64,000 bases of DNA from Octopus vulgaris (taxonomy: Eukaryota), in contig OX597822.1 of NCBI GenBank assembly GCA_951406725.2, positions 57,536,001 through 57,600,000 of the forward strand, given 5' to 3'. Below, piece after piece: positions 1-11,600 of the stretch. The position numbers and the translations under genes are program-made. The first letter of the stretch is position 1. The number at the start of each line of letters is the position of its first letter. The notes beneath the pieces are model-generated. The model did no database searches and was not told where the DNA came from. It was given only the letters and a program-made list of their open reading frames with translations.

Positions 1-135
1 AAAATTGCTGCTGATGGTTTAGAAAAAGAGAGGGACTTTTACTTTGGAAAATTAAGAGCTATTGAAATTCTTTGTCAAGATCATGAAGACGATACTGTTG
101 TCAAGGAAATCATGGAAATATTGTATGCCACAGAG
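1..135 (+). CDS. MAPRE: EB1/RP family microtubule end-binding protein, penultimate coding exon (5'-truncated by window), EBH domain
   Basis: Frame 1 reads KIAADGLEKERDFYFGKLRAIEILCQDHEDDTVVKEIMEILYATE, matching the EB1 C-terminal signature LEKERDFYFxKLRxIE...ILYAT. Phase-0 donor GAG|GTAAAC at 135/136. Confidence 0.96.
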
Positions 136-960
136 GTAAACTTCATGTTCCTTTTGCAACAAAAGCAAACTCATGTTTTCACAATTTTCAGTTTTAATAT
201 AACATTTCCAAGCCATGGATTGATTTACCATCGTTTTTAAAAAGGAATAAAGTTATATGTCAATGCATGTAGTTGATCTAGTCCTGAACTGTTGAAATAA
301 TGATTTGTTCAAGTTTTATAGTTTGATGTAAATCTTAATTTCTAATAGTTTGAAATTTGAAATGTTACAGATAAATCTTGGTACAGTTTTTAATTAAAAC
401 AATTTTTTTTTTTTTTTTTGGTATTTCCATTATTAAGGTTTTAATTTCACAGTTTCACTTTCAGCATTTTTTTTTTCTAAGGATATTTTTTTCAGTATTG
501 TAAGCAAATAGACAATCTATTCCCATTTTTCCTAATCATTTTGGTTCTTTTGTTTTTTCTTTTACACTTTTTTTTCTTTCTTTTTTTTTTGCTCAATTAT
601 GATTTTATAAAAATTTCTGTTTCAGGATCTTTAAACAGCAAACAACTTCAATTTTTTTTTTAAACCAAAACTATAAAAAAGAAAAAGCCTCAACATGCCA
701 ATTTGATAAAATGCATTAATCAGTGTTGCTGTCTCAGTTGATATTCTTTTTTGGTCTTAATGGTTTTAGGCTCAATGTATATCAGTTGCAAAACTTTTTT
801 TTCTTTTCACCCCCTATTAAAACTTTTTGTCCAGCTTTGTCACTGTTGACTTTTTTCACACGCACCACCCCCCTTCCTTATCGAAGAAGATTATAAGTTC
901 TTCGGTGTATGCCTCTTTGATATTAAATGTCTTGGAAGTTTACTACTGATTTTTTTCTGT

Positions 961-1032
961 TTCATCACTATCACATGGACGTTGGTTATTCATCACTATC
1001 ACATGGACATTGGTTATTCATCAGTATCACAC
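961..1032. repeat. 28-bp tandem repeat, ~2.5 copies
   Basis: TTCATCACTATCACATGGAC(G/A)TTGGTTA at 961-988 and 989-1016, with a partial third copy. Confidence 0.9.
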
Positions 1033-4000
1033 TTCCTGTTTCTCATTTCTGTCATCACTATCATCATCACACTAACAATAGCCTTGTTATATCTCGGGCC
1101 TTTCAATCCCTGCTTCTTATTATTTACTGTTGTTAGTTTTATTGTTTGGAACAAAGTTTCATACACAGTTCAACTCAAATTTAGTTTCGCTTTTATATTT
1201 TATTTATTTTGCCTTACAATAAATGCTTTAACTTGCACTTAAGGCTTAACTTTTAGTATTCTCCATACTCTTGCATACCAGCTATATCTCTGCATAGTTT
1301 TATTATTGCATTCGTTTTGTTTTTTTACTTCATTGCTAATTAAGCTTATATTATAATAGCACCAAAAAAGGAAGTAATTATTGCTATTTATGGGACTGGA
1401 CCAGTTAAAGTTCTAAGATTGTCATTTAGTGTGTAGCTTGAGGGCTTTCACAAATTTTAAAAACTTCTGATCTGTGTAATCAAAGAATAACAGACCCAAA
1501 CAAGCCAGACTCCACTATAAAAATAATTTCTTTGTGGAATTCAATACATTTTACTGTATCTGCTACCAATAGAAATCCCCACTTGACAAGTCTGTTACTA
1601 CTGATGATGGCACATTCTGCATATTCTTATATGCAATTAGGCATCGGTGTTAGGAAGGGCATCCAGCCATAGAAACCCTGTCAAAAAAGACATGGATCCC
1701 CAGGCAGCTCTTCAGCTGGTCAGCTACTGTAAAACCATGCAACTCATGTCCACATGGAAAACATGATGAGATAGGTTTGGAATGTATCATTAGATTTATT
1801 TTCTAAATCCTGAGCATTTGTATTTGTGAACTTCTATATCCAATATTCTTTTCCAGTGATGTATATATTATTTAATTTTATGTTTGCATGGACTAAAAGC
1901 TTCTCTCTTAACTTTAGTTTATATTTTTATTTTCTTTATTTTGTCTTCAGAGACGTTGAATTAATTTTTTCCCCCCTACTTCTAACGCTGTTTCATTGAG
2001 TTACCTGTCAACCAAGTTCTCTAACAATGGCTGAAGCATCTGATATATCAAGATTTGTTTGTGTTTTTTTTTTATTTTTTCCATTACTTGTTCTTACTTT
2101 TTTGTTTTTCTTTTTTCTTTTCTTTTCTTCGTTTTTATCCCTGGCAGATGTCAGAGTAGATGGTGCCCGATGTTATGAGGACAAAAATGAAATTGATAAG
2201 TATGTTCTATTTTCTCAAGAGTGCATTCTCGGTGTGATTTCTAGGCTACAGTAATGAAAATGGGATTACTGCAGTTTATATTATCAGGAATTAAATAATG
2301 CCAAAGTATTGTCTCAGTAGCACATCAGAAGAAGAAAAAAATCTTTTTAGTTGTCCCTATAATTCAACAAAGTAATAGCTTGTTAATGTTAATAAAGATA
2401 ATCTAAAATTTGGTTTTCACATTTCTCACAGATTATTTCTGTTCTAAAATACTAAGTGGGAGACAATCATCTTGAGTAGGCTTTAGTTGGTGATTTGATC
2501 ATTTTTGGTGGTGGAAATTTTATTGCACAACCACATCATTCCCACTGGTTTCTATTTCCATCTGCTTAGTGTGACCATAATAAAAGAAATCTAAATGGCA
2601 GGATTGTGAAACTAAGGCTTTCCATTTCTATTTAAAACACATTTTCAACAACTTTGCCACTAGCTTTTGAGGTCAGTTCGAAAATGCCAGATTATATATA
2701 TATATATGAAAATTTATTTCTTTTTGATTAATCTGCATATGTCTTCTTTTGTGGCAAGGAACAATGCATGCATTTGCCTATCTCTGAAAACAAGTTTGTT
2801 TCTTTTTCAAATAAAGCTTTTAAAATGCTGATGGTGTGCCATAACACATTTAGTGCTTTATTCGGTGTTTTAAATTGAAAAACATTAAAAGAAAGAGAAA
2901 CAAACATGAGAAATAACCATTATCAGTATTCAAAGGTAGGTTGGTACAAGCTTGCAATTGATGGTGGGAAAATAAAATTCTTTTCAGCAAGTCTTGACTA
3001 GTCAACAGAAATAAATCTAAATAGCATAACACAAAGTAAGGTACAACATTCAAGAAATAAATTCATTAAAGTTTCCTTTGACAAGTTCCAAATGAGCTTT
3101 TAAGTATGAAATTATTTTACATTTAGGTGTTTCTAAAACTAGCAGTGTTCGTTTTATAAAGATGGTATTAGATTAATTTTTCTCTACATTTAATACAAAT
3201 AGTTATGACGGATCAAGTATAGATCCCTTGCATTTGTGGTCTTGTGTGTTTGCCAACAATGCTCTAACATAGTCAATAGAGATGTACTTATTGGGAAATA
3301 TCTGTAATTCTCATTTGAAAACATAGCCTTAATGCTTTAGAACATCTTTTGTATGCATTCGAGTTAGTTTCTGTCATGCTGATCGACTGATGATTTTTTA
3401 CTAGTATTAGTCTTTTAGAAGAATTTTGATAAATCATTGCTGTGTTGATAAAAATCTATTTATCTTTTATATAAAAACCAGTTATTTATTTTAGCTACTC
3501 ATTCTAAAGTGACAAAGAAGTTAAAATCTGCTTTAGTCTTCATAATATTTTGTATTTCAACCAATCTCCCTAAGTCAACTTCTTGGTTTTGTTAGGTAGC
3601 TTTTCAAATTATATATGCTTCTTTTGGTCTTGCCCAAGGCATTAAACTGCAACCAGTGGCAAGGCTCTTGTTCAGGAATTCCAAAGTTTTGGGGAATATG
3701 GAGTTCACCCTTTAGTCAGCACCAGTCCCAGGCCTGCACTAACCTAGAGTAGTAGAATCTGTCATATTTCCCTAGTGTATTTTAAATAGCAGAAGATAAT
3801 CTCATAGCCAGATAATGCAGGACATGAAAGAGGACTTGCTCCTGCCCACTTCACACAGGCCTATGGGTGTGTGGACATGTCCTGATGTAAGTGAACTAGT
3901 CCTCCCTATTTAAGGGTTAAATACACTCTGTATTTCAATGTAAGCTTTGGGAAGTGAAAGACTAGTAAACCAGCAGAAAACTGCTACTCCATTTTTCCCT

Positions 4001-4092
4001 CCCCCTTATAAAGAAATCATTTATATTCAACTTTATAAAGGTCTACATTCACTTCTACCTGTAGGCATGCCACATGAAAAGAAAGAGTTTAT

Positions 4093-4396
4093 GTGGTACA
4101 CATTGGTTCCTTGTGGATTTGTCCAAGCTGTGTCGTGTAACATCTAGCAGGGTAAAACCCAGGAGAGATATCTCTCTAATTTTAAACCATAAGAACCATT
4201 ATTTCACTGTTAACTGCATATTCAAAGTCAAGTTTAATGAAACACTATAAAAATGATATCCCACCTCTGAAATGCTGGAGCTGAGAAATACCCATCACTG
4301 TAGATTATTACATACAGTAAGATGTTAAATTGAAAAGACTCAAAATTCATTTATATTTAAAAAAAAGAGGGAAAAAAAGCTTTCCTGTTTATAAAA
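4093..4396 (+). repeat. Long inverted repeat, left arm (partner 8212-8541)
   Basis: GTGGTACACATTGGTTCC...GACTCAAAATTCATTTA is the near-exact reverse complement of 8280-8541, with a weaker extension to 4396/8212. Confidence 0.95.
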
Positions 4397-6186
4397 CATT
4401 GTGGCTAACTTCATTTGACCCCTCTATCCTTTCTTAGTTTCATTTAAAACATTAAAGTTCTAGATTTTTTGTGACCCAACTCATTGCCAGTAGAAAGAGC
4501 TGTTTAACAGCTGTGAAGTTAGGGGTGGGAATGTTTTCAATCATCTTTCCTAATTGTTTGTGTTATCTCAGCTCATGTTGTCCATCTTTTCATTCTAATT
4601 TTAAATTCCATCAAGGTCGACTTTCCCTTTCATCCTTTCACGGTCGAATAAGTACCAGTTTAGCACTAGAGTTGATCTAATCAACTCTCTACTGTAGGCT
4701 AAAAGCCTGAAATTTTGAGGTAGTAAAGATTACTATTAAATTATTTGTACTCAAATATTGCTGTCTCTAATCCACATGATTGTTGGATAGGTTTCAGCCA
4801 ATAAGTAGTAACTCTACCCTGTTCCAAAATACCTTACTACACCCCCATAATTCCATTCAGTTCTTAAAATCACATGATAAAAAGTAGTCCTTGAAACACA
4901 AATATGATTGTGTTTTTCATGATGTATATGCTTCATATTTCTAGATTTGAATACTAGGATCTTATTGTGTGTGTGTGCACACTGATCTATAATATAGTCT
5001 AGGAAACTAGTAAAAGAACTATTTTAATTGAAATATTTGGTATTAATTACATTTTGGCTCATTCTTCCTCAACTTTGCCATTTGTTGTTATTGCTTCCCT
5101 TTCCTTGTTGTGTGCTTTGTTTTGTTTTGTTTTTGTTTTTTTACTTATCAGTCCATGAGAATGTTTTTGTTTAACTTGATTGCCTGTCTGTCTGTTTAAA
5201 TCCCTCCCCAGTTCCAATTCTGTATTAAGTGTTGTCGCCAATCAGCTTCAGTTTCAATCTTTACTGATTGTTGTGTTTCAATACAGCTGTTTTTAGAAAG
5301 TAAGTCATGACATATAGGGGGGAGGGGGTCATCTGTTTACAATTATGGCTACAGTTCTTAGACATAACACTGCTAGTGTTATCTCCCGTTCTTTTATAGG
5401 ATGATTACATTTATCAGTGTTCTTAAATAAGTGTTTTATTGTCAAGGAATTTTTTTTTCTATCTTTTACTTCTGCAGACTAACGGTCTAATAATTCAACT
5501 AAATATATTAATAAAAAAAATTGTTGCTTGTTTGCTTTTCACTTGCTGTGCGATTTTGTTTTTTTCTTTCTTATGCTAGAGATCAACTACATTATACCTT
5601 CTTATATTCATGTGTATATTAAGTTTACACATGCATGTTTGAGGCCTCTCCATTCTTTTTTATCATATTTTTATCATTTCACCTTTTCATATTACTCTTT
5701 TTTTTAACCTGTTACAGTGTTAGCTTTCAATTCTGTCCATTACATCATATTCTACTATGTTAATTTTAACAAGGAACCCTTCTCAACCGTTTCAAAACTG
5801 GACTCATTTTCCCTTCCATGTATTTTTAGTTTATACACTTATTTGTCTTTCAGATATTAAAAGTCTTTTAAATTTCAGGTTTCTAAATTAAATACTAATT
5901 AATTACTAAAATTTTAATGATTACGTTCCGTTTTAACACATTTTAACAATAAGTGAGTACTGTATTGAGTCATGGGGCTGGTTACCAAGTTTATAAGTGA
6001 CCAAGATCAGAATATCCCTGCTGGACCAGACACCAGCCCATTGCTGAGTTATGCATTTACAGCTAATTTGCCTACAACTATGAAATGGAGTGTTTTGCTC
6101 AAGAACACAACATAGCACCTGATCCAAGTATTGAAACTACAATCTCACAATCATGAGTGCGGTATTTATTTCCAATCCATTGCCAG

Positions 6187-6255
6187 GATCTTTTAAACAA
6201 TAATATTTCAGAATGTTATCATTTTAGTGAAACCATGGGGGTAGGTGAATATTAA
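6187..6255 (+). CDS. Candidate alternative terminal (or 54-nt cassette) exon of MAPRE
   Basis: After ttgccag, phase 0 reads DLLNNNISECYHFSETMGVGEY*, the same 22-aa length as the canonical tail and also ending in EY. Internal donor-like GGG|GTAGGT at 6240/6241. Confidence 0.35.
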   Translation, partial: DLLNNNISECYHFSETMGVGEY

Positions 6256-7889
6256 TTTTTTTTTTTTTTTCATTTTGCACTTCCTTTCTTAATTATTATT
6301 TGTGTTTCTGCTTTCACTTCCTGTGGCATTCTAGCATGGTTTAACTATAACATAGACCAAGTCACTAAGGTTGACCCTCAAAGTAAATGCAACTGATTAT
6401 TAAATGAGTAAATCTGAATTCCTTCTTTCCTCCTTCCTCTCCTCCACCGCCTTGCCTAGAGGAAAATATTCATGACTTTCATGGGCTTAGTGTGCAATCA
6501 GAGCAGTTGACATTTTCGACAGCTGTCTGTTGATACCTGCAAGAATTCAAGGAGAGTGTCAAACTGAGGAAAACAGTTCACTCAGTGGACACTACATGGA
6601 TAAATCTTATGCATGTAGAGAATTAGTCTTAACCATTTATAGTTTTACTAATCCATAGATTACATGAAGATAAGTAGTATAACATAGTAAAAAGAAATAA
6701 GAGAAACTATTCAGGTTGTAATTGTAAATTTTCTATATTACACCTGCATTTTATTCAAATGCAAAACTCTAGTAGCAAAATTATTTTTATTTGTTTAAAT
6801 TGATACATTATTGCTGTAACTAGTTTTTGAGAATACGTTTTTTTTTCAGTGATTTTTTTTTTTTTTCTTTCTTTCTCTCTAAATTTACAATAACTATTTT
6901 TTCTCAAAAATTAGTGTTTTTGTTTTCAGCTCCTCTTGTAGCCAATTATAGAAGATCTCAATTCAGATTGTTGTTTTGTAACTACAATTTGATGAAACAT
7001 GGTAAATCCATGCTATTATTTACAGCTATCCCTTACTTAGCCATGGTTTTGATAAACACTATATTATTGCAATTAAATTTATTGTAACCTTCTTTTGTTT
7101 TTATGCCGTAATAAAATTTCCTTGCCACACTTTGAAAATTACATGCAAACTGCTAAGTGCTTTTTAAATAGCCTGATGCCTACAAGAAAATAAATCATAC
7201 CACTGTTGAAAATGTTAATAAGAGGTTGAAGAAGAAGAGGGACAATTGTGTTCATGGAAGGAAGAAGGCTAAATTTGTTCAACTAGCTCTTGATTTTTTT
7301 TTTTTTTTTTTATCTTCTTTTGTAAAAAAAATTATTTCTAGTAATTAGTTTTTAGCTTCTAATTTTTAATTATAATTATTCTCATTGGCTATTAAATTTG
7401 ATTAACATGGTTTTGATATATGCAGGAACATCAGGAAATGAATTTGTCACTTTAAAGCAAGGGATAGCTGTTTTCATCAGAAACTTGATAACATGCTTTT
7501 CTCTCTTTATAATATAATGTATGCTTTTAATGTTGTCATATCTCCATGTTACTCATATGATTGCTTTTGTTCTGAGAAATTGTATTGTCAATGCTGCATG
7601 TATGGAGCCACTAGAGGTTGGCAATGTCTAATATTGTCCTAATATCCTAATGTTTCAGGGAGCATGTTTGTTTTATCCCATGCATGGATTATGGATTACA
7701 TACAGTATTTCAATTCCTTGGATTGCATTATATGTACATGTATTTGACAGTGTTGTATCTATCTCTCTCCCTCTTTCTCTCTCATATTTTTGTTTTATAA
7801 TTTATTTCTGTGTTATATTGAGCAAGAAAATTTAGTACTGTGAACATTAGATAATGAAGCAACCAAAGATACTACTACATCTCCTTTAA

Positions 7890-8098
7890 CCCTTTAGTAT
7901 TTAAACCGGCCAAAATATTTAATCTGTTTTATGTTCAAACTGACCAAATCCAGGCTCTCACACCTACCCTACAATGTTATACTACGTTAAGTAATTACAC
8001 CATCAAGATCTTGAAGATATGAGATAATGCATAATTAATTCAAATCAATGTGAATCAATAAGCATTATGTTTGATAGAATAATCTGAACACTAAAGGG
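7890..8098. mobile_element. piggyBac-type TTAA MITE (~210 bp, multi-copy family)
   Basis: TTAA-CCCTTTAG ... CTAAAGGG-TTAA. Related copies at about 15918-16089, 31879-32100, 35201-35415, 41163-42427 and 42432-43035. Confidence 0.8.
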
Positions 8099-8211
8099 TT
8101 AAAGTATACATGACAAATTGTTGACGGTTGAGTTTTGAATTTGCTCATGCCATATTCTTGGCAGTAGTATGTTTTTCTCTCCAAGCCTTTAATCGAAATA
8201 AAATATGCATA

Positions 8212-8541
8212 TTTTATAAAGAGGAAAGCTTTTTTTTTTCCTCGTTTTTTAAAATGTAAATGAATTTTGAGTCTTTATTTAAATGAATTTTGAGTCTTTA
8301 CAATTTAACATCTTACTGTATGTAATAATCTACAGTGATGGGTATTTCTCAGCTCCAGCATTTCAGAGGTGGGATGTCATTTTTATAGTGTTTCATTAAA
8401 CTTGACTTTGAATATGCAATTAACAGTGAAATAATGGTTCTTATGGTTTAAAATTAGAGAGATATCTCTCCTGGGTTTTTACCCTGCTAGATGTTACAAG
8501 ACACAGCTTGGACAAATCCACAAGGAACCAATGTGTACCAC
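8212..8541 (-). repeat. Long inverted repeat, right arm (partner 4093-4396)
   Basis: Reverse complement of 4093-4396 with few mismatches. Carries an extra tandem copy of TAAATGAATTTTGAGTCTTTA (8257-8277 and 8280-8300). Confidence 0.95.
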
Positions 8542-9089
8542 CAACTGAAATTCAAGTAAGCCTCTACACAGTTACTGTCTCAACTGCTTGAAATAGCAAA
8601 GCAGGTTTCTCAGATCTTGCTCGTCTATCTTAAAAGTGACAGAAAAACGTGGTCCTTGATAAACTGTAGATGAAATAAGGTGAAGTGATCACAGCTGTGG
8701 TGTTTTTAACTGAAGAACTAATCTAGTGTTAGAAAACTACCTAACAGGACTTAAGTTGACAAAGAGCAAAGAAAATTTCTCTTTACATATGTTGTAGATT
8801 CAATTTGTTGCCTGATTAAACATCATTTAGCTGGCCCCTTTTGGTACTTTTTGTGGGGTCAGCCCAATTGTAGGCATTTGAACCAGGTTTTTGTTCTGGG
8901 AGTAAACTTCCTCCTGTTTAAACCATTGAAAGCTGGGCCTATTGCTTTTTCAATGGAATTTATTAAAATATCTTACTTCATAGGTTTTGTTAAATGTTTT
9001 CAGTCTATTGCTTCCTCTTTTTCTTTCTCTCATCACATTGGCTAATTGTGTAAACGTGTTTATAAGTATATTATATATTTTATTTTTAG

Positions 9090-9158
9090 GATGGCTTTGC
9101 TGCACCAGATGATGATGGATTTGCAGACAGTGCAGATGGCAATGTGGAAGAATACTAA
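9090..9158 (+). CDS. MAPRE: EB1/RP family, terminal coding exon with acidic EEY tail
   Basis: Acceptor tatttttag|G; phase 0 gives DGFAAPDDDGFADSADGNVEEY*. This continues ILYATE-xGF and ends in the CAP-Gly-binding EEY motif typical of EB proteins. Confidence 0.93.
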   Translation, partial: DGFAAPDDDGFADSADGNVEEY

Positions 9159-10374
9159 GTGCTCACGTCTATACTTTGGAGGGCAAAAACAAAATTTGAA
9201 CTCATTCTTTACTTATTCTCATTGGAAGATATCAATTCACAATCCCTATGTGATATTTCATTGTGAGTGGGGCCCCTTTCAGTCGCAGCAGTTTGATATC
9301 CTTTTTTGTCTTCAGTGTCATCAAAGGGGCTAAAGTGAGCTAGCATCTGAAAGGGGTCTGCTGCTACTACTACACATTACCACAACCTGAAAATATTGGG
9401 CTTTCCGCTGTAACCAGAACTTGGCCGAACCTCTTTCTCTCTTTCTCTGTCTCTTGTACACAGCAACTCTAACTCTTTACTTCTTAAAGACAATGACTGC
9501 TTCTCAAGCATTTTCTACTTTCAATGAAGCTAAATGTAAATCCGGCTTTGTTCTTGTTACAATCAAAACATTATTATTAATATAATTATTGAGTGGCTAA
9601 AGATTCTCATATAAAACAGTTTGCAATGAACCTTTGATAGCCATCTGCTCCTGTGTTTATCAGCAGGAGGTGGTTACTGTATGGAATCATAGAGATTGTG
9701 TCCAATTCAATTTTCAACTTAGTTTGGGGAGTTTCTAATTCTGAAAGAGATATTGAGTTACGTAGGATCTCTCTCACTCACTCTCTCTCTCTCTCTCTCT
9801 CTCTTTATGTGTGTGTGTGTATGTATGTATATTTTACATGTGTAATGTGTGTGTTTTATGTGTTTTGCTTGGTTGTGGTGTAAATGGAGAGTGTGCCAGT
9901 GTGTGAATGTCTGAGTGATGAAAGTTATTCGTAAGAGGTTCTATGGAGTTTGTATCATACTAAGGTGACTAACTCTTCAGTGAATGTTTGTGCTGAACAT
10001 TTGTCACCTCAATATGATACAAGCTAGGTTTGAAGTGCCTGCTACTGCTTGCAAACACAAATATTCCTGTATAATAGTTAGTATATGAACCCTCGCACTT
10101 CGACCAAACAAAAAGTAACTATGAATATAAACCCAGCAACTTAACTCCACTTTTCAGCAGTACTGTCTACTCATTCTCTTCCTATGTCTGTGTGTCTAAT
10201 CTCTTGGCTGTTTGCTACCTGTTAATGTTGTCACTCTGCTTTGTGTCTGAAATACCTAATGGCAATTCAATATCTTGTAAATTAGCTTCCCACTATGCAA
10301 AGTTCATTAAAGGCATCATTAATGTTCAAGGGGGAGGTGTCTTTTATTTCTTTTACCCCCCTTTTTTTTTTTTT

Positions 10375-10392
10375 AATAAAACCTGAAATAAA
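10375..10392 (+). terminator. Candidate MAPRE polyadenylation signals (two AATAAA)
   Basis: AATAAA at 10375-10380 and 10387-10392, followed by a T-rich tract, ~1.2 kb after the stop. Another AATAAA lies at 10761. Confidence 0.5.
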
Positions 10393-11019
10393 ACAATTAA
10401 AATTTTTTTTTTTTTCATTTAACAATCATGTCTTTCCTTTTCAAAGATAAAATAATAGGTTTCTGCTATTATTTCAATCAAGACATTTCAAAAATTTTAA
10501 CTGTGTTTAAGAATCATTAAAGGTATCTTTGAATCTGACTCTTTTCACCACTTCTCATAATCTTTCTAACTCTATGAGTAACGTCTTTCTCTCACACACA
10601 AATGTTTTAATTTTTAACTCTCTCTATCCTCTGCTCCTCTTTCTCTCTCCTCTCTAATCAATTATGCTGTTTTACTTTTCTTTTCTTTTTTTTATTGCTC
10701 TTGCTGATGTAGCAGTCAGTTGTACATTATGTCCTGTCATTTCAGTTCTCCAGACAGATCAATAAATCAAATCTATAACAGCCATTTTCTTCCTTTTTTT
10801 TTTTTTTTTTATCTTATTTATATCAGCTATGCTAGGTTTTCCATGTGCTTGAACAGTTGGTATAAATATGCAGTCCAATGATATTTAACACCTTCTTTTC
10901 TATCACATGTAAGCTTCAACAAATTCCAAGTCAAGTGCTCAGCACTAACTTTTAAGCTCTCATTTCTTCCTCGGATGATGATTTAGTTCTTATGACAATA
11001 TGTAGATTGGGAGCAAAAC

Positions 11020-11600
11020 TTCGGAATTGGAAGGCCTTAAATGCAGCAATGATTATAAAGTTTTAGTAAGGAGGAAAGACAAGACCTTTCTACCCTCAAA
11101 GAAATGGGCATGCTTAATGTGTAGTAAAAGAGTTGGCAAAGATTCTCTATACTGTGCTTTGTATAAGCAGTACTGATATTGTAGGGGTCACAGGCAGAAG
11201 TTAGATTCAGAGTACATGGAAAATAGATTCACTCATATATTTGGAAGGTTCCCAAGAAGTAGCTGATAGCTTCGGTTATGTAAATGGCCTAATTAGTAGT
11301 GGGGGGTGAGTATTCTGAAATTATAGAAGTAAGAATGGGTTGGAAAAGTTCAGAGAGCCTTTACTGTTGCTGACAACAAAGGCTTCTTCAGTGTCAGATG
11401 TGGGTCTTGAATGCAGAAGATTTGTGATGGCTATGAGGAAATAAAGCTACGTTAATGTTCATGAAAGACTGCTACAAATTAGTTGTAGTGTGCATAAGAG
11501 AAGACTGGTGGTTGACAGCTGTATAAAGGAGGGCTAGACACTTGAAATGAATGAAACCTGTGTAAGCATGGGACTTAGATGTGGGATGAAGTGGTGAAGA
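11020..11600 (+). mobile_element. Heavily decayed RTE-like LINE fragment
   Basis: Broken remnants resembling the LINE pieces at ~59790-60330 and ~38500. No intact ORF. Confidence 0.45.

Noticed and set aside
961-1032. 28-bp repeats as a CRISPR array
   Set aside because: The units are directly adjacent with no spacers, and the context is a eukaryotic intron.
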